Source of the DNA: Alphaproteobacteria bacterium
GTDB lineage: Bacteria; Pseudomonadota; Alphaproteobacteria; MPNO01; UBA830
DNA: 64,000 nt
Assembly (NCBI GenBank): GCA_964291215.2
Contig: OZ219791.1
Coordinates: 2,400,001-2,464,000 of the forward strand
Reading direction: 5' to 3'
Shown here: positions 51,964-61,867 of the stretch, piece by piece
Numbering within the stretch: position 1 is the first letter of the stretch
How the letters are laid out: each line of letters opens with the position of its first letter
The notes under the pieces: model-generated
The model's database searches: none
The model's input: the letters and a program-made list of their open reading frames with translations, nothing else
Told to the model about the DNA's origin: nothing
Position numbers and translations under genes: made by a program

Positions 51964-52841
51964 CCCGGCAGTTTGGCGATCAGTTCGCGGAGGAACCGGG
52001 CTGCCTCCGGCCCCTTGTGTGCGCGGCGCCACATGTCCTCGACAACACGCTCGTGAAGTTCGAGAGCTTCTGGCGCCGAGGTGATCATCGCGATGCCGCC
52101 GAGCACGTTCGGCTGTTCGCCGAGGCGGTAGGGGCTCAGCGCGAGGATCTTGCGATCCGATTGCCGGAATATCTGGAAGCTGGTGTGGGGAAGCGTTCCC
52201 GGTACGATCCCGATCTGGATGCCGATCGGCTCGCTGTTCATCATGGCCGCGAGGTGTTCGACCTCGGTGCGCGCCTGCTCTCGCCGTTCCCGAAGGACCT
52301 GCTCCGGAAGGTCAAGCCGGCCGAGGAGGCCGTTGCGCAGAAAGCGGTCGATCTCCGCGCCCGAGATCAGGTTGAGCATGCCGGGCCGGCGCTTCCGCCA
52401 TGTCGCTTTGCGCTGGCGCAGGATGGGCAGGATTTCCCGGATCCGGGCGAGGGCGCGTTCGCGGTCGGCGCCGTCCGGCACGCTCTCGACCAGCATCTCC
52501 TCGACAGCGTCGGCAAATCCGTGCGATGACAGGAGAAAGGATACGGGGCCGGCGAGAACGACAATGTGTTCGGCGGATTCCTCAATCTGCCGAAGCCGCT
52601 CGAAATAGGCAACCGCCGACGGAACGTACTCGACGCCCACCCCCAACAGCGTCGGAACCGAAACCTGAAGCAGGTCCGACAGGCGTTCGAGCGTCTCGAT
52701 CTTGGCAAGTTCGCCCTTCTCGAACCGGTAAAGAGCCGTGCGCGAAATCCCGAGACGGCCTGCGATGTCATCGGCGCTCAAACCGGTTGCGAGCCGGAAC
52801 GCCTTGAGCCTGTTGCCGATATCATCGAATCTGATGGCCAT
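51960..52841 (-). CDS. XRE-family transcriptional regulator
   Basis: IGNRLKAFRLATGLSADDIAGRLGISRTALYRFEKG HTH plus a long C-terminal domain. Confidence 0.85.
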   Translation of the reverse strand: MAIRFDDIGNRLKAFRLATGLSADDIAGRLGISRTALYRFEKGELAKIETLERLSDLLQVSVPTLLGVGVEYVPSAVAYFERLRQIEESAEHIVVLAGPVSFLLSSHGFADAVEEMLVESVPDGADRERALARIREILPILRQRKATWRKRRPGMLNLISGAEIDRFLRNGLLGRLDLPEQVLRERREQARTEVEHLAAMMNSEPIGIQIGIVPGTLPHTSFQIFRQSDRKILALSPYRLGEQPNVLGGIAMITSAPEALELHERVVEDMWRRAHKGPEAARFLRELIAKLPG

Positions 52842-52981
52842 CTGCGGAACCGCATCGTTGGCGGAAACAAGGGCATTCTGACAGCGGCGCCGTGGCAGGC
52901 AAGGGCCGCCGCCGCGCCATCGTCCAGGACGCCGGCCGCCATTTTGGCGCCGAAGGGGCGGCCTCCGGCGCCGTCCGGCCC

Positions 52982-54292
52982 CTATCTGCCGTGGTGGTTA
53001 GCCGCCAGTCTCGAGACCGCGCTCGACGCCGCGATCTTGCCGTCGACGGCAAAGGCTTCATGATTGGAGACGATCCTGCCGGGATCATACAGGTAGTTCA
53101 CCATGATTCCGAAGGACTGTTCGATCCCCCGGGCCGACAGATCGGCCTCCCAGTTGATCCGCTCGATGCTGGCGCCGTTGCCGAGGTGGAAACGCGCAAC
53201 AGGGTCCGCGGGACGATTGCTGCGTTTCGCCGTGAGCAGATAGGTTGCGCACAGCCGCGTCAGGATCGGCCGCAGCCGCTCCCGGGCAGCGTCGTCGCCG
53301 CACCAGTCGCTGCCGCCCGGGATCTTGTGCGCGTCCTCCAGAATCTGGTGCGGAAGATCCTCGCCGGCCAGCCAGTTGCGAAAGCCCGGCACCGGAGACA
53401 GGGTCGCGAACTGCGCGACACGGGGAAGTTCGGTCTGCAGGGCGTCGACGACCTGCTTGATCAGGAAGTTGCCGAAACTGATGCCGGCGAGCCCCTCCTG
53501 GCAGTTGCTGATCGAATAGAAGATTGCGGCGTCGGGTCGGTGGTCCGTGGTACCGTCGAACGGCGCCTCGATGAGATCGCGTATTCGAACCGCGAGGCCG
53601 TGCGTCAGCGCCACCTCGACGAAGATCAGCGGCTCGTCGGGTAGGGCCGGGTGGAAGAACGCGAAGCATCGCCGGTCCTCGGCGAGGCGCCGGCGCAGAT
53701 CGTCCCATCCTCCGATTTCGTGAACAGCCTCGTAGGCGATCAGCTTTTCGAGAACGATTGCGGGTGTCCGCCAGTCGATACGTTCGAACTGGAGAAATCC
53801 GCGGTTAAACCAGGAGGAAAGCAGATGCCTGAGATCGTATTCCAGCCCCTGCAGCTCTGGCGTACCCAGGATTTGCGGCAGGAGCAGGCGGCGCATGTCG
53901 ACGATCGCCGCTGTGCCGCCCGGTGCCATGTTCAGGCGCCGGAACAGCTCGAGGCGCGGCGTTTCCATGGCGATTGCGAGATCCCTGTAGGATTCCTGGG
54001 TTGGCGAGGAAAGGAACTTGCGCGCGGCATCGGAGATCTCGGCGGCATCCGGCGCGAAGTCGCGATCGAGCCTTGCAAGGGCCTCAACTCTTCGATCGGA
54101 AGGAAGGTCGAAGTAGCGGTCGACTATCTCGCTTGCAAGCGCGGTTCCCGACGCCTCGCCAAGCAGCGAGACAAGATCGCGACATCTCGATGCGAACTTT
54201 TCTATATCGCTGCCAGCGGTCGGCCGCTCGAGATACTGGCGGCCCAGTTCCACCAGCGCCTGCAGGGCCTGGCTGAAGCTGACACTGACCAT
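52982..54292 (-). CDS. Malonyl-CoA decarboxylase
   Basis: SWFNRGFL, YEAVHEI, DRRCFAFFHP, FYSISNCQ, GISFGNFLIK, TLSPVPGF, DPVARFHLGNGA, MVNYLY. Confidence 0.93.
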   Translation of the reverse strand: MVSVSFSQALQALVELGRQYLERPTAGSDIEKFASRCRDLVSLLGEASGTALASEIVDRYFDLPSDRRVEALARLDRDFAPDAAEISDAARKFLSSPTQESYRDLAIAMETPRLELFRRLNMAPGGTAAIVDMRRLLLPQILGTPELQGLEYDLRHLLSSWFNRGFLQFERIDWRTPAIVLEKLIAYEAVHEIGGWDDLRRRLAEDRRCFAFFHPALPDEPLIFVEVALTHGLAVRIRDLIEAPFDGTTDHRPDAAIFYSISNCQEGLAGISFGNFLIKQVVDALQTELPRVAQFATLSPVPGFRNWLAGEDLPHQILEDAHKIPGGSDWCGDDAARERLRPILTRLCATYLLTAKRSNRPADPVARFHLGNGASIERINWEADLSARGIEQSFGIMVNYLYDPGRIVSNHEAFAVDGKIAASSAVSRLAANHHGR

Positions 54293-54682
54293 TGCTCTCG
54301 CCCTCTTGCGATCCGCCCGAAAAGGAATGGCGAGATGTCACGGCCGGGGAATCCTGGCGGGAAGAAGCCGATTCCGGCAGCAAGGCGCAGCGTGCCGGGG
54401 CGTCAGCATGCTGTCCCGAAGCCCCGATCGGCGCCGACGACATCCGCGCACGAGGCATCATATCCGCCTTCCCCGCGTGCAGCAATTTCCGCGGACGGCA
54501 GAATCGCCCGCCATACTTGGCGCCGGAAACCGGGAAATCGCGAGCGCCTTTGTGGTTCTGCGGCATGCCCCGGGTTTCTGCCTTGATCCGGTTGCAGGCG
54601 GTTTGTAGGCTCTCTGCCGGCGCCGGAAGCGGCGCCGGCCCCGGACGGCCGGCAAGTGAACCGAAGGGAGAAGACCCGACCG

Positions 54683-56110
54683 ATGAACCGTATTTCGAAC
54701 CGGCCGGGCGGGACCGACCTTCGCAGCTTCCTCTCGTTTCTCGAAAACAATCATCCCGAGCAGGTGCTTCGTGTCTCCAGGGAGGTGGATCCCGACTTTG
54801 GCGTTTCGGGCATCCTGCACCGCCTCGAGCGCGACGGCCATTTCAGGGTTGTGATCTTCGAGAAGGTGAGGGGATCGGGGATTCCCCTGGTTTCCAACAT
54901 GCATGCGGACTTCGAGCGCCTCCGCCTGGCGCTTGGCATGGACGAGGGAGACGAGAAGGCATTCCTTGCCGAATACGGCGCCCGCGAATCGGCGCCGCTG
55001 GCGCCCGTTGTCGTCGATGACGGTCCGGTGCAGGAAGTCGTCAGGATCGGCGACGAGGTGGACCTTGGAGAGCTCCCGATCTGCACTTATCACGAGCTTG
55101 ATGCCGGAAAGTACGTGACTGCAGGCCTCGGTCTCATGCGCGATCCCGAAACCGGAATCGAGAATATCGGGATCTACCGCCACATGGTCCACGGTCGCAA
55201 CGAGCTCGGCATCCAGCTCTCCGAGACCGCCCATGGCAACATCATCTGGCAGAAGTACGAGGCCCGCAGCGAGCCCTGCCCGATCGCTATCGTCATCGGC
55301 CACCATCCGGCGTTCTTTCTCGGCGCGCTCAGTTTTTCGCCGATGGAGGCCAACGAACTGCATATCGCGGGTGGCGTCCGCCAGTCCCCGGTCGAACTCG
55401 TGCCCTGCCGGACGATACCTCTTGCCGTTCCCGCCGATGCCGAAATCGTCCTCGAGTGCGAGATCCGGCCTACCGAGAGGCGACCCGAAGCACCGTTCGG
55501 GGAATATCCGGGAACCTACGGGCCACTGCGCCTCAATCCGGTGCTTGAGGTCAAGGCTATCACGCATCGCCGCGATCCGCTCTATCAGGACGCTTTTGTC
55601 GGACATGCCGATCACCTGTTGCTCGCCGGCATCATTCGCGCGTCCGCGATCGAGAAGACCGTGCGCATCGCGTGCCCGACCGTGACGCGCGTACGGGTGT
55701 CGCGTGCGGGCTCCTACCGCTTCGTGTGCTACATCGCGATCGATCGCAAGATTGAGGGCGAGGCCAAGCAGGCGGCGATGGCGGCATTTGTCGCCGATCC
55801 CTTTCTCAAGTTTGCGGTCGTCGTCGACAGCGATGTCGATATCGCTAGCGATACCGAAGTCATGCACGCGATCGGCACCCGTGTCCGTGCCGACCGGGAT
55901 GTCTTCATGGTGCCGTACGCCAAGGGCTCACCGCTCGATCCCGCCTCCTACGATCCCGAGGGAGGATCGCATCTGGTTACCAAGATGGGCATCGATGCCA
56001 CCCGCAAGGATGATTATCCGGCGGAGATCTCGGTGCCCGGCGCCGACGGAATCGATCTCGCCGAGTTCATCGACGAATATGTCGGGCCAGGAGGGAACGG
56101 GATCTCATGA
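54683..56110 (+). CDS. UbiD-family (prFMN) decarboxylase 2
   Basis: DAGKYVTAG, NIGIYR, VPADAEIVLE, EAPFGEYPG, VVVDSDVD, KMGIDAT. Confidence 0.92.
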   Translation: MNRISNRPGGTDLRSFLSFLENNHPEQVLRVSREVDPDFGVSGILHRLERDGHFRVVIFEKVRGSGIPLVSNMHADFERLRLALGMDEGDEKAFLAEYGARESAPLAPVVVDDGPVQEVVRIGDEVDLGELPICTYHELDAGKYVTAGLGLMRDPETGIENIGIYRHMVHGRNELGIQLSETAHGNIIWQKYEARSEPCPIAIVIGHHPAFFLGALSFSPMEANELHIAGGVRQSPVELVPCRTIPLAVPADAEIVLECEIRPTERRPEAPFGEYPGTYGPLRLNPVLEVKAITHRRDPLYQDAFVGHADHLLLAGIIRASAIEKTVRIACPTVTRVRVSRAGSYRFVCYIAIDRKIEGEAKQAAMAAFVADPFLKFAVVVDSDVDIASDTEVMHAIGTRVRADRDVFMVPYAKGSPLDPASYDPEGGSHLVTKMGIDATRKDDYPAEISVPGADGIDLAEFIDEYVGPGGNGIS

Positions 56111-57075
56111 CCGAATGCCATCGCATTGACGTCCATCACCACATTCTGCCACCCGACTATGTCGACATCGTCGGCGACGACCGCATCGGACCGCTGATCC
56201 TCGCGGGCAAGACCCCCGAATGGACGGCGGAGATGTCGATCGAGGCCATGGACCGCAACGGCATCGACACGGCCGTGACATCGATTTCCGCGCCGGGGCT
56301 GTGGTTCGGCGACACCGGGGAGACAGTGCGCCTCTGCCGGCACTGCAACGAATATGCCGCCGAGATCAGGCGCACGCATCCCGGCCGGTTCGGCATGTTC
56401 GCAAGCCTGCCGCTTCCCGATGTAGACGCGAGTCTCGCGGAGATCGCCTATGCCCTCGACGATCTCGGGGCCGACGGCATAGGGCTGCTGACCAGCTACG
56501 GCGATCGCTATCCGGGCGATCCCGCATTCGCACCGGTCTTCGACGAGCTGAACCGCCGCCGTGCCGTCGTGTATTTCCACCCGACCAATGCACCGTGCAG
56601 CCAGTGCCAGCCGGAAATTCCGGCGGCCACGCTCGACTTTCCGTTCGACACGACGCGGGCGGTGGTCAGCCTCCTGTTCGGCGGAACCTTCATGCGCTGC
56701 CGCGACATCCGCTTCATCTTCTCGCATGCCGGCGGCACGGTGCCGTTCCTTGCCGAGCGCATCGGGCGCTTGGCCAACTTGCCGCGGTTCGGCGAAAAGG
56801 TTCCGGACGGAGTCTTGGCGGAGCTGGAAAGGCTCTATTTCGATACCGCGCTTTCCGCCAACCGACTTGCCTTCGCGAGCCTCCTCGAACTGGTTGCCGC
56901 CGACCATGTCCTCTTTGGCAGCGACTACCCCTTCGCACCGGAAGCCACGATGACCGGGTCCGTCAAGGCCTTGCAGAATCTGGGCCTCGACGGCGGGACG
57001 CTGCGTGGAATCGAACGCGACAATGCGCTGTCCCTCATGCCCGGACTGGCACGCACACCAACCGGGTCGGGCTGA
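56107..57075 (+). CDS. Amidohydrolase_2 (ACMSD/IDCase-like) non-oxidative decarboxylase
   Basis: IDVHHH, VYFHP, SHAGGTVPFL, YFDTA, LFGSDYPF. Confidence 0.88.
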   Translation: MTECHRIDVHHHILPPDYVDIVGDDRIGPLILAGKTPEWTAEMSIEAMDRNGIDTAVTSISAPGLWFGDTGETVRLCRHCNEYAAEIRRTHPGRFGMFASLPLPDVDASLAEIAYALDDLGADGIGLLTSYGDRYPGDPAFAPVFDELNRRRAVVYFHPTNAPCSQCQPEIPAATLDFPFDTTRAVVSLLFGGTFMRCRDIRFIFSHAGGTVPFLAERIGRLANLPRFGEKVPDGVLAELERLYFDTALSANRLAFASLLELVAADHVLFGSDYPFAPEATMTGSVKALQNLGLDGGTLRGIERDNALSLMPGLARTPTGSG

Positions 57076-57240
57076 ATCCGGCGCTGCGACCGCGCGCGAT
57101 CCGGAGCGCCGGACCTTTCTGGCGATCTGTTGCATGCGAGGCGGAAAGCCTGCATTTTCGGCGTCCCGGACGCCGATCACCGGAAGGGTGCCTTTCGGTC
57201 GTCGGGTTGTTCGCACCAGTGCGGGGGACTTTTTCGACCG

Positions 57241-57711
57241 ATGGCGGTTCTGGTTCTTTGCGTCAACGGGGAGCGGCGGGAAACGGCCGTCGACCCGTCG
57301 ACGCCGCTCATCTTCGTGCTTCGCAACGAGTTCGGTCTGACTGGCGCCAAGCTCGGCTGTGGTCTGGAACAGTGTGGCGCCTGCGCCGTGCTGGCGGATG
57401 GCGAGCGTGTGCTCAGCTGCAACCGACCGGTGGCCGAGTTCGCGGAAACCGAGATCGTCACTGCCGAGGCCCTTGAGCGCGATCGCATCGGGGAGCGGGT
57501 GCAGTCCGCCTTCGTTGCCGAGACCGCAGCCCAGTGCGGCTATTGCACGCCCGGGCTCGTGGTGGCGGCGACGGCCCTGCTTAAGGCCAACCCGTTGCCG
57601 GAGGAGGACGAGATCCGGGCCGCACTCAACGACCATCTCTGCCGCTGCGGTTCGCACGCATCGGTGCTTGCCGCGGTGCGGCGCGCGGCCGCGGGGACGG
57701 CAGATGGCTAG
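57241..57711 (+). CDS. 2x[2Fe-2S] small subunit of a Mo-hydroxylase (NicA/IorA/CoxS-like)
   Basis: GAKLGCGLEQCGACAV...SC, QCGYCTPG, LCRCGS. Confidence 0.92.
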   Translation: MAVLVLCVNGERRETAVDPSTPLIFVLRNEFGLTGAKLGCGLEQCGACAVLADGERVLSCNRPVAEFAETEIVTAEALERDRIGERVQSAFVAETAAQCGYCTPGLVVAATALLKANPLPEEDEIRAALNDHLCRCGSHASVLAAVRRAAAGTADG

Positions 57712-59851
57712 TGCCAGCCTCGAGAGGCATCCCTGGCTCGATTCATGGATCAAGATCGGCACGGACGGCAGTATCCTGTTGCGAACCGGAAAGGTCGATA
57801 TCGGCCAGCGAATCTCCACAGCGCTTGTGCTGATCGCTGCTGAAGAACTCGATGTGGATCCGTCCATGATCGATGTCGTGCGCACCGAGACCGGACGAGA
57901 CCCCGACGAGGGCATCACCTCCGGCAGCTATTCGATGGAGCAGTCAGGCAATGCACTCCGCCATGCCGCAGCAACGGCGCGGCGCCATATGGTCGCGCGT
58001 GCCGCCGAAGCTCTCGGCGTGGACTGCGCGGACCTTGAGATCGATGACGGTGTTATCCGCGCCCGAGACACCAACCGCAGCGTCAGCTATGCCGAGCTTC
58101 AGGGCGGGCAGCCGTTTGGAATTGCCGTCGACCCCGATGCCGCGGTCAAGGCGCCGTCGTCGCATCGTTTGATTGGCACGGCGGCGACGCCGCGCGGAAT
58201 GGCGGATATCGTGTCGGGACGGTACGAGTTCCTGCACGATCTGAAGTTGCCGGACATGCTTCATGCCCGGGTTGTCCGCCCGCCTCACTACCACGCAAGA
58301 CTGATGGCGTTGAACGACAGCGTCGCGGAATGCCTTGCGGGTCGCGACATCAGCCTCGTCCGTGACGGAAGCTTCCTCGCGGTCGCAGGACGCGACGAAT
58401 ACGCGGTGATCCGCGCCGCTGACACGGTCGCCGCCGCCGCCGAATGGGACCTCGGCGAAGGGCTGGAAGCACAGGATGTCTATGAACGGTTGTGGACCAA
58501 TCCGCGTGTGAGCCTGCCGGTTGTCGACGGCGCTCCCGTCGAGGAACCGGTGCCGGCGCTGACACCGCCGCCCGAAGGCGCGATGGTCACGCTGTCAGCG
58601 CGCTACGAGAAGCCCTACCACATGCATGGCTCGATCGGCCCATCGGCGGCGATGGCGTGGTGGCGCGACAGCGGGCTGGAGATCCGTTCGCACAGCCAGG
58701 GCGTTTACATCCTGCGCGATGCGATTTCCGAAACGTTCGGAATAGCGGCGGAGGACATCCGTATCCGGCATGCGCCGGGTGCCGGTTGCTATGGCCACAA
58801 CGGCGCCGACGATGCGGCGCTCGACGCGGCTCTGGTCGCGCGCGCCTTGCCCGGTTCGCCGGTGCTGCTCAAATGGACCCGCGAGGAAGAACATGGCTGG
58901 GAGCCCTATGGCACCTGCACGTCGATGGACCTGCAGGCAAGTCTCGATACCGGCGGCAGAGTCGTGCAATGGTCGCACGACAGCTGCGGCGACAGCTACG
59001 CGCTGAGGCCGCGATCGGGTCCGGGCAGGGCCGGTGCGGCGCGGCTGCTGTCGAGCCGTTATCTGCCCGATCCTCCGCCGGCCTTCGTGCCGGGCCCGGC
59101 TATGGGAAAGCACGTGGGAATCCACCGTAACCTCGACCCGCTTTACGATTTCGCCGGACGCCGCCTCGTGAAGCACCTCGTGCGCGGCCTGCCGCTGAGG
59201 ACATCGGCCCTGAGATCGCTCGGCGGCTACCCCAACGTCTTTGCCATCGAATGCTTCATCGACGAGCTGGCGGCGATGGCCGGCATCGATCCGATTGCGT
59301 TCCGCCTTGGTCATCTCCGGGACGAGCGGGCCCGCCGGACGATCAGCGAAGCCGCGGGATTGATGGCTGGTTGGCCAGCGGCGGAGGGCCGGGGCAGGGG
59401 GTTTGGCTTCGCGCGCTACAAGAACGTTCAGGCCTATGCCGCTGTGGCCGTTGAGCTCGAGGTTACCGACGACGCCGAGGTGAAACTGCACCGCATGGCG
59501 CTTGCGGCCGATGCTGGCGAAGTCGTCGACCGTGCGGGCCTCGCGGCGCAGATCGAGGGTGGCGCGCTTCAGGCCGCAAGCTGGACCCTCTATGAGGAGG
59601 TCACGTTCGATGGCGGCGGAATCACGAGCAGGGACTGGGAGACCTATCCGATCCTGCGCTTCGACAACGTACCGGCGATCACCACCGTTCTCGTCGATCG
59701 GCCCGGCGACTTGTTTCTCGGCGCTGGCGAAACGGTGTGTGGTCCGACGGCTGCGGCGATCGGCAATGCGATCTTCAATGCGACAGGCTTGCGGCTCCGG
59801 CGGATCCCGTTCGTACCGGATGCGATCCGCACTGCGGCAATGGCTGGCTGA
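57704..59851 (+). CDS. Molybdopterin-binding large subunit (NicB/IorB-like N-heterocycle hydroxylase)
   Basis: GKVDIGQ, AEELDV, TSGSYS, GAGCYGHNGADD, WTREEE, QIEGG, GAGE, GNAIFNATGLRLR. Confidence 0.9.
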   Translation: MASASLERHPWLDSWIKIGTDGSILLRTGKVDIGQRISTALVLIAAEELDVDPSMIDVVRTETGRDPDEGITSGSYSMEQSGNALRHAAATARRHMVARAAEALGVDCADLEIDDGVIRARDTNRSVSYAELQGGQPFGIAVDPDAAVKAPSSHRLIGTAATPRGMADIVSGRYEFLHDLKLPDMLHARVVRPPHYHARLMALNDSVAECLAGRDISLVRDGSFLAVAGRDEYAVIRAADTVAAAAEWDLGEGLEAQDVYERLWTNPRVSLPVVDGAPVEEPVPALTPPPEGAMVTLSARYEKPYHMHGSIGPSAAMAWWRDSGLEIRSHSQGVYILRDAISETFGIAAEDIRIRHAPGAGCYGHNGADDAALDAALVARALPGSPVLLKWTREEEHGWEPYGTCTSMDLQASLDTGGRVVQWSHDSCGDSYALRPRSGPGRAGAARLLSSRYLPDPPPAFVPGPAMGKHVGIHRNLDPLYDFAGRRLVKHLVRGLPLRTSALRSLGGYPNVFAIECFIDELAAMAGIDPIAFRLGHLRDERARRTISEAAGLMAGWPAAEGRGRGFGFARYKNVQAYAAVAVELEVTDDAEVKLHRMALAADAGEVVDRAGLAAQIEGGALQAASWTLYEEVTFDGGGITSRDWETYPILRFDNVPAITTVLVDRPGDLFLGAGETVCGPTAAAIGNAIFNATGLRLRRIPFVPDAIRTAAMAG

Positions 59852-59898
59852 GGGCATGGGCGTTGGGAACACACTCTGGAAGAAAGGACAGGCGAGGA

Positions 59899-61197
59899 AT
59901 GTCTGAGCAGATTCACGAATTGACGGCGCTTGACGCCGCGGCGCGCATTCGTGCTGGCGAAATCTCCTCCGAAGATCTGATTCGGGCATGCCTCGACCGT
60001 ATCGCGGCTCGCGAGGACGAAGTCCGGGCCTGGCAGCACATCGACCATGCCTACGCGATCGCGGAGGCGCGCAAGGCTGATGCGTCAGAGCCGCGAAGCC
60101 TGCTGCACGGTGTTCCCTTCGGGGTCAAGGACGTCATCGATACGGAGGATATTCCGACCGAATGCGGTTCGGCGATCTACAGGGATCGGCAGCCTGCGGC
60201 CGACGCCGCGTGCGTGGCGGCGATGCGCGCTGCCGGAGCGGTCCTCATGGGAAAGACGGTAACCACCGAATTCGCGACCTTTACTCCCGGAAAGACACGG
60301 AATCCGCACAACGCCGGGCACACTCCGGGAGGGTCGTCGAGCGGGTCCGCGGCCGCGGTTGGCGCTGCGATGGTGCCGCTTGCTTTCGGCAACCAGACGG
60401 CCGGCTCCCTGATCCGCCCGGCAGCGTATTGCGGCATCTCCGGCTTCAAGCCGACCCATGGCACCGTGGACCTGTCTGGAATATTCGAACTGGTGCCGCG
60501 ACTGGATACGCTCGGCTACATGGCCCGGTCGGTAGATGACCTTGCGGCGTTCTACGGGATCGTTCTCGGACGCCCGGTGTCGGCTCCACCGGAGGACGGG
60601 CCGGGACGCGCGCCGCGCATCGGATTGTGCCGCACGTTCCACTGGCGCGAAGCTGCGCCGGAGACCGTCGAGGCGGTCGAGTCGGCGGCCGCCTTCTGTG
60701 CCGGGATGGGCGCAGAGGTGGACGAGGTCGAGATGCCACCGCATTTCGCCGGTCTGGCTGAGACGCACACGACCATACTGAATGCCGGGCTGGGCAAGAG
60801 CATGAACGAGTTTTTTCACGCTGACGGAGACCGTCTGAGCGAGCGGCTCCGGCAGATGATCCGCGACGGTCTGGAGACTTCGGACGAAGCGCTTCAGGAG
60901 GCGACCGGTCATGCCGACCGCTGCGTTGCCGAGTTCAGCGGCGTGATGGGTGACCATGATGTGTTTCTCGCGCCGAGCGCGCCTGGCGAGGCGCCGGCCG
61001 GAACGGCGTCGACCGGCAATCCTGTCTTTCAGGTCGTGTGGACGCTTCTGCAGGTGCCGTGCATAACCCTTCCCTGGTCTTCCGGGCCCAACGGTCTTCC
61101 CGTCGGCGTGCAACTCATCGGCCGGCGTGGCGACGACGACATGGTGCTCAGGGTTGCCAAATGGCTCGAAACACGCCATCGCGCCGCGGCCCCGTAG
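59899..61197 (+). CDS. Amidase-signature family enzyme
   Basis: GVKD, GKTVTTEFA, PGGSSSGSAAAV, GNQTAGSLIRPAAYCG. Confidence 0.92.
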   Translation: MSEQIHELTALDAAARIRAGEISSEDLIRACLDRIAAREDEVRAWQHIDHAYAIAEARKADASEPRSLLHGVPFGVKDVIDTEDIPTECGSAIYRDRQPAADAACVAAMRAAGAVLMGKTVTTEFATFTPGKTRNPHNAGHTPGGSSSGSAAAVGAAMVPLAFGNQTAGSLIRPAAYCGISGFKPTHGTVDLSGIFELVPRLDTLGYMARSVDDLAAFYGIVLGRPVSAPPEDGPGRAPRIGLCRTFHWREAAPETVEAVESAAAFCAGMGAEVDEVEMPPHFAGLAETHTTILNAGLGKSMNEFFHADGDRLSERLRQMIRDGLETSDEALQEATGHADRCVAEFSGVMGDHDVFLAPSAPGEAPAGTASTGNPVFQVVWTLLQVPCITLPWSSGPNGLPVGVQLIGRRGDDDMVLRVAKWLETRHRAAAP

Positions 61198-61323
61198 GTC
61201 CGCCGGACCCGGGGCAGGCGCCGGGCCGTCAGCGGTTCCGCCCGTGTTCCCGGTGAGGGGTTGCCGAAGGCGCGTCAGCTTCTATTTCGGCAATGGCGCA
61301 TCGCAAGACAGGGAGGACGCAGC

Positions 61324-61677
61324 ATGGGTTATGTGGACGGAGCGGTTATCGCCGTGCCTACCGCGAACAGGGAGGCCTATCGCAGCCACTCCAGGGAGGT
61401 GGCAAAGGTCTTCAAGGAGCACGGTGCGCTCAATGTCGTGGAGTGCTGGGGTGATAACGTTCCCGATGGCGAGGTCACCTCGTTTCCGATGGCCGTCCGG
61501 TGCAAACCGGACGAGACGGTGGTGTTTTGCTGGATCATGTGGCCGTCGCGTGACGTGCGCGACGAGGCTATGCCGAAGGCGATGGCCGACCGTCGCCTCC
61601 AATCCGACGGCAACGCCATGCCTTTCGACGGCAAACGCATGATTTACGGGAGCTTCGAGGTCATCATCGACGAGTAG
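61324..61677 (+). CDS. DUF1428 (YbaA-like) protein
   Basis: MGYVDG..AVP, VECWGDNVPDGEVTSF, MPFDGKRMIYG. Confidence 0.9.
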   Translation: MGYVDGAVIAVPTANREAYRSHSREVAKVFKEHGALNVVECWGDNVPDGEVTSFPMAVRCKPDETVVFCWIMWPSRDVRDEAMPKAMADRRLQSDGNAMPFDGKRMIYGSFEVIIDE

Positions 61678-61867
61678 CTCCGATTCTCGATGCTGGCGTC
61701 TTGCCGGAGTTGCGCGGTGCAGGGTACTGCCTGTCGATCCAGTTACGCTGAGAATGGGCGCATAACTGCGGTTCTTCTCTGACAGAGCGCTGGCAACCGG
61801 GAGCATTGCCACGCTTGCGCGGCCGGTTGCCGCTCGATTCTACTGCGGAGATTTCCGGAGGCGACAA

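Noticed and set aside
56014-59989. Long minus-strand ORFs 56014-57918 and 58595-59989
   Set aside because: Antisense shadows of the amidohydrolase and Mo-hydroxylase genes.
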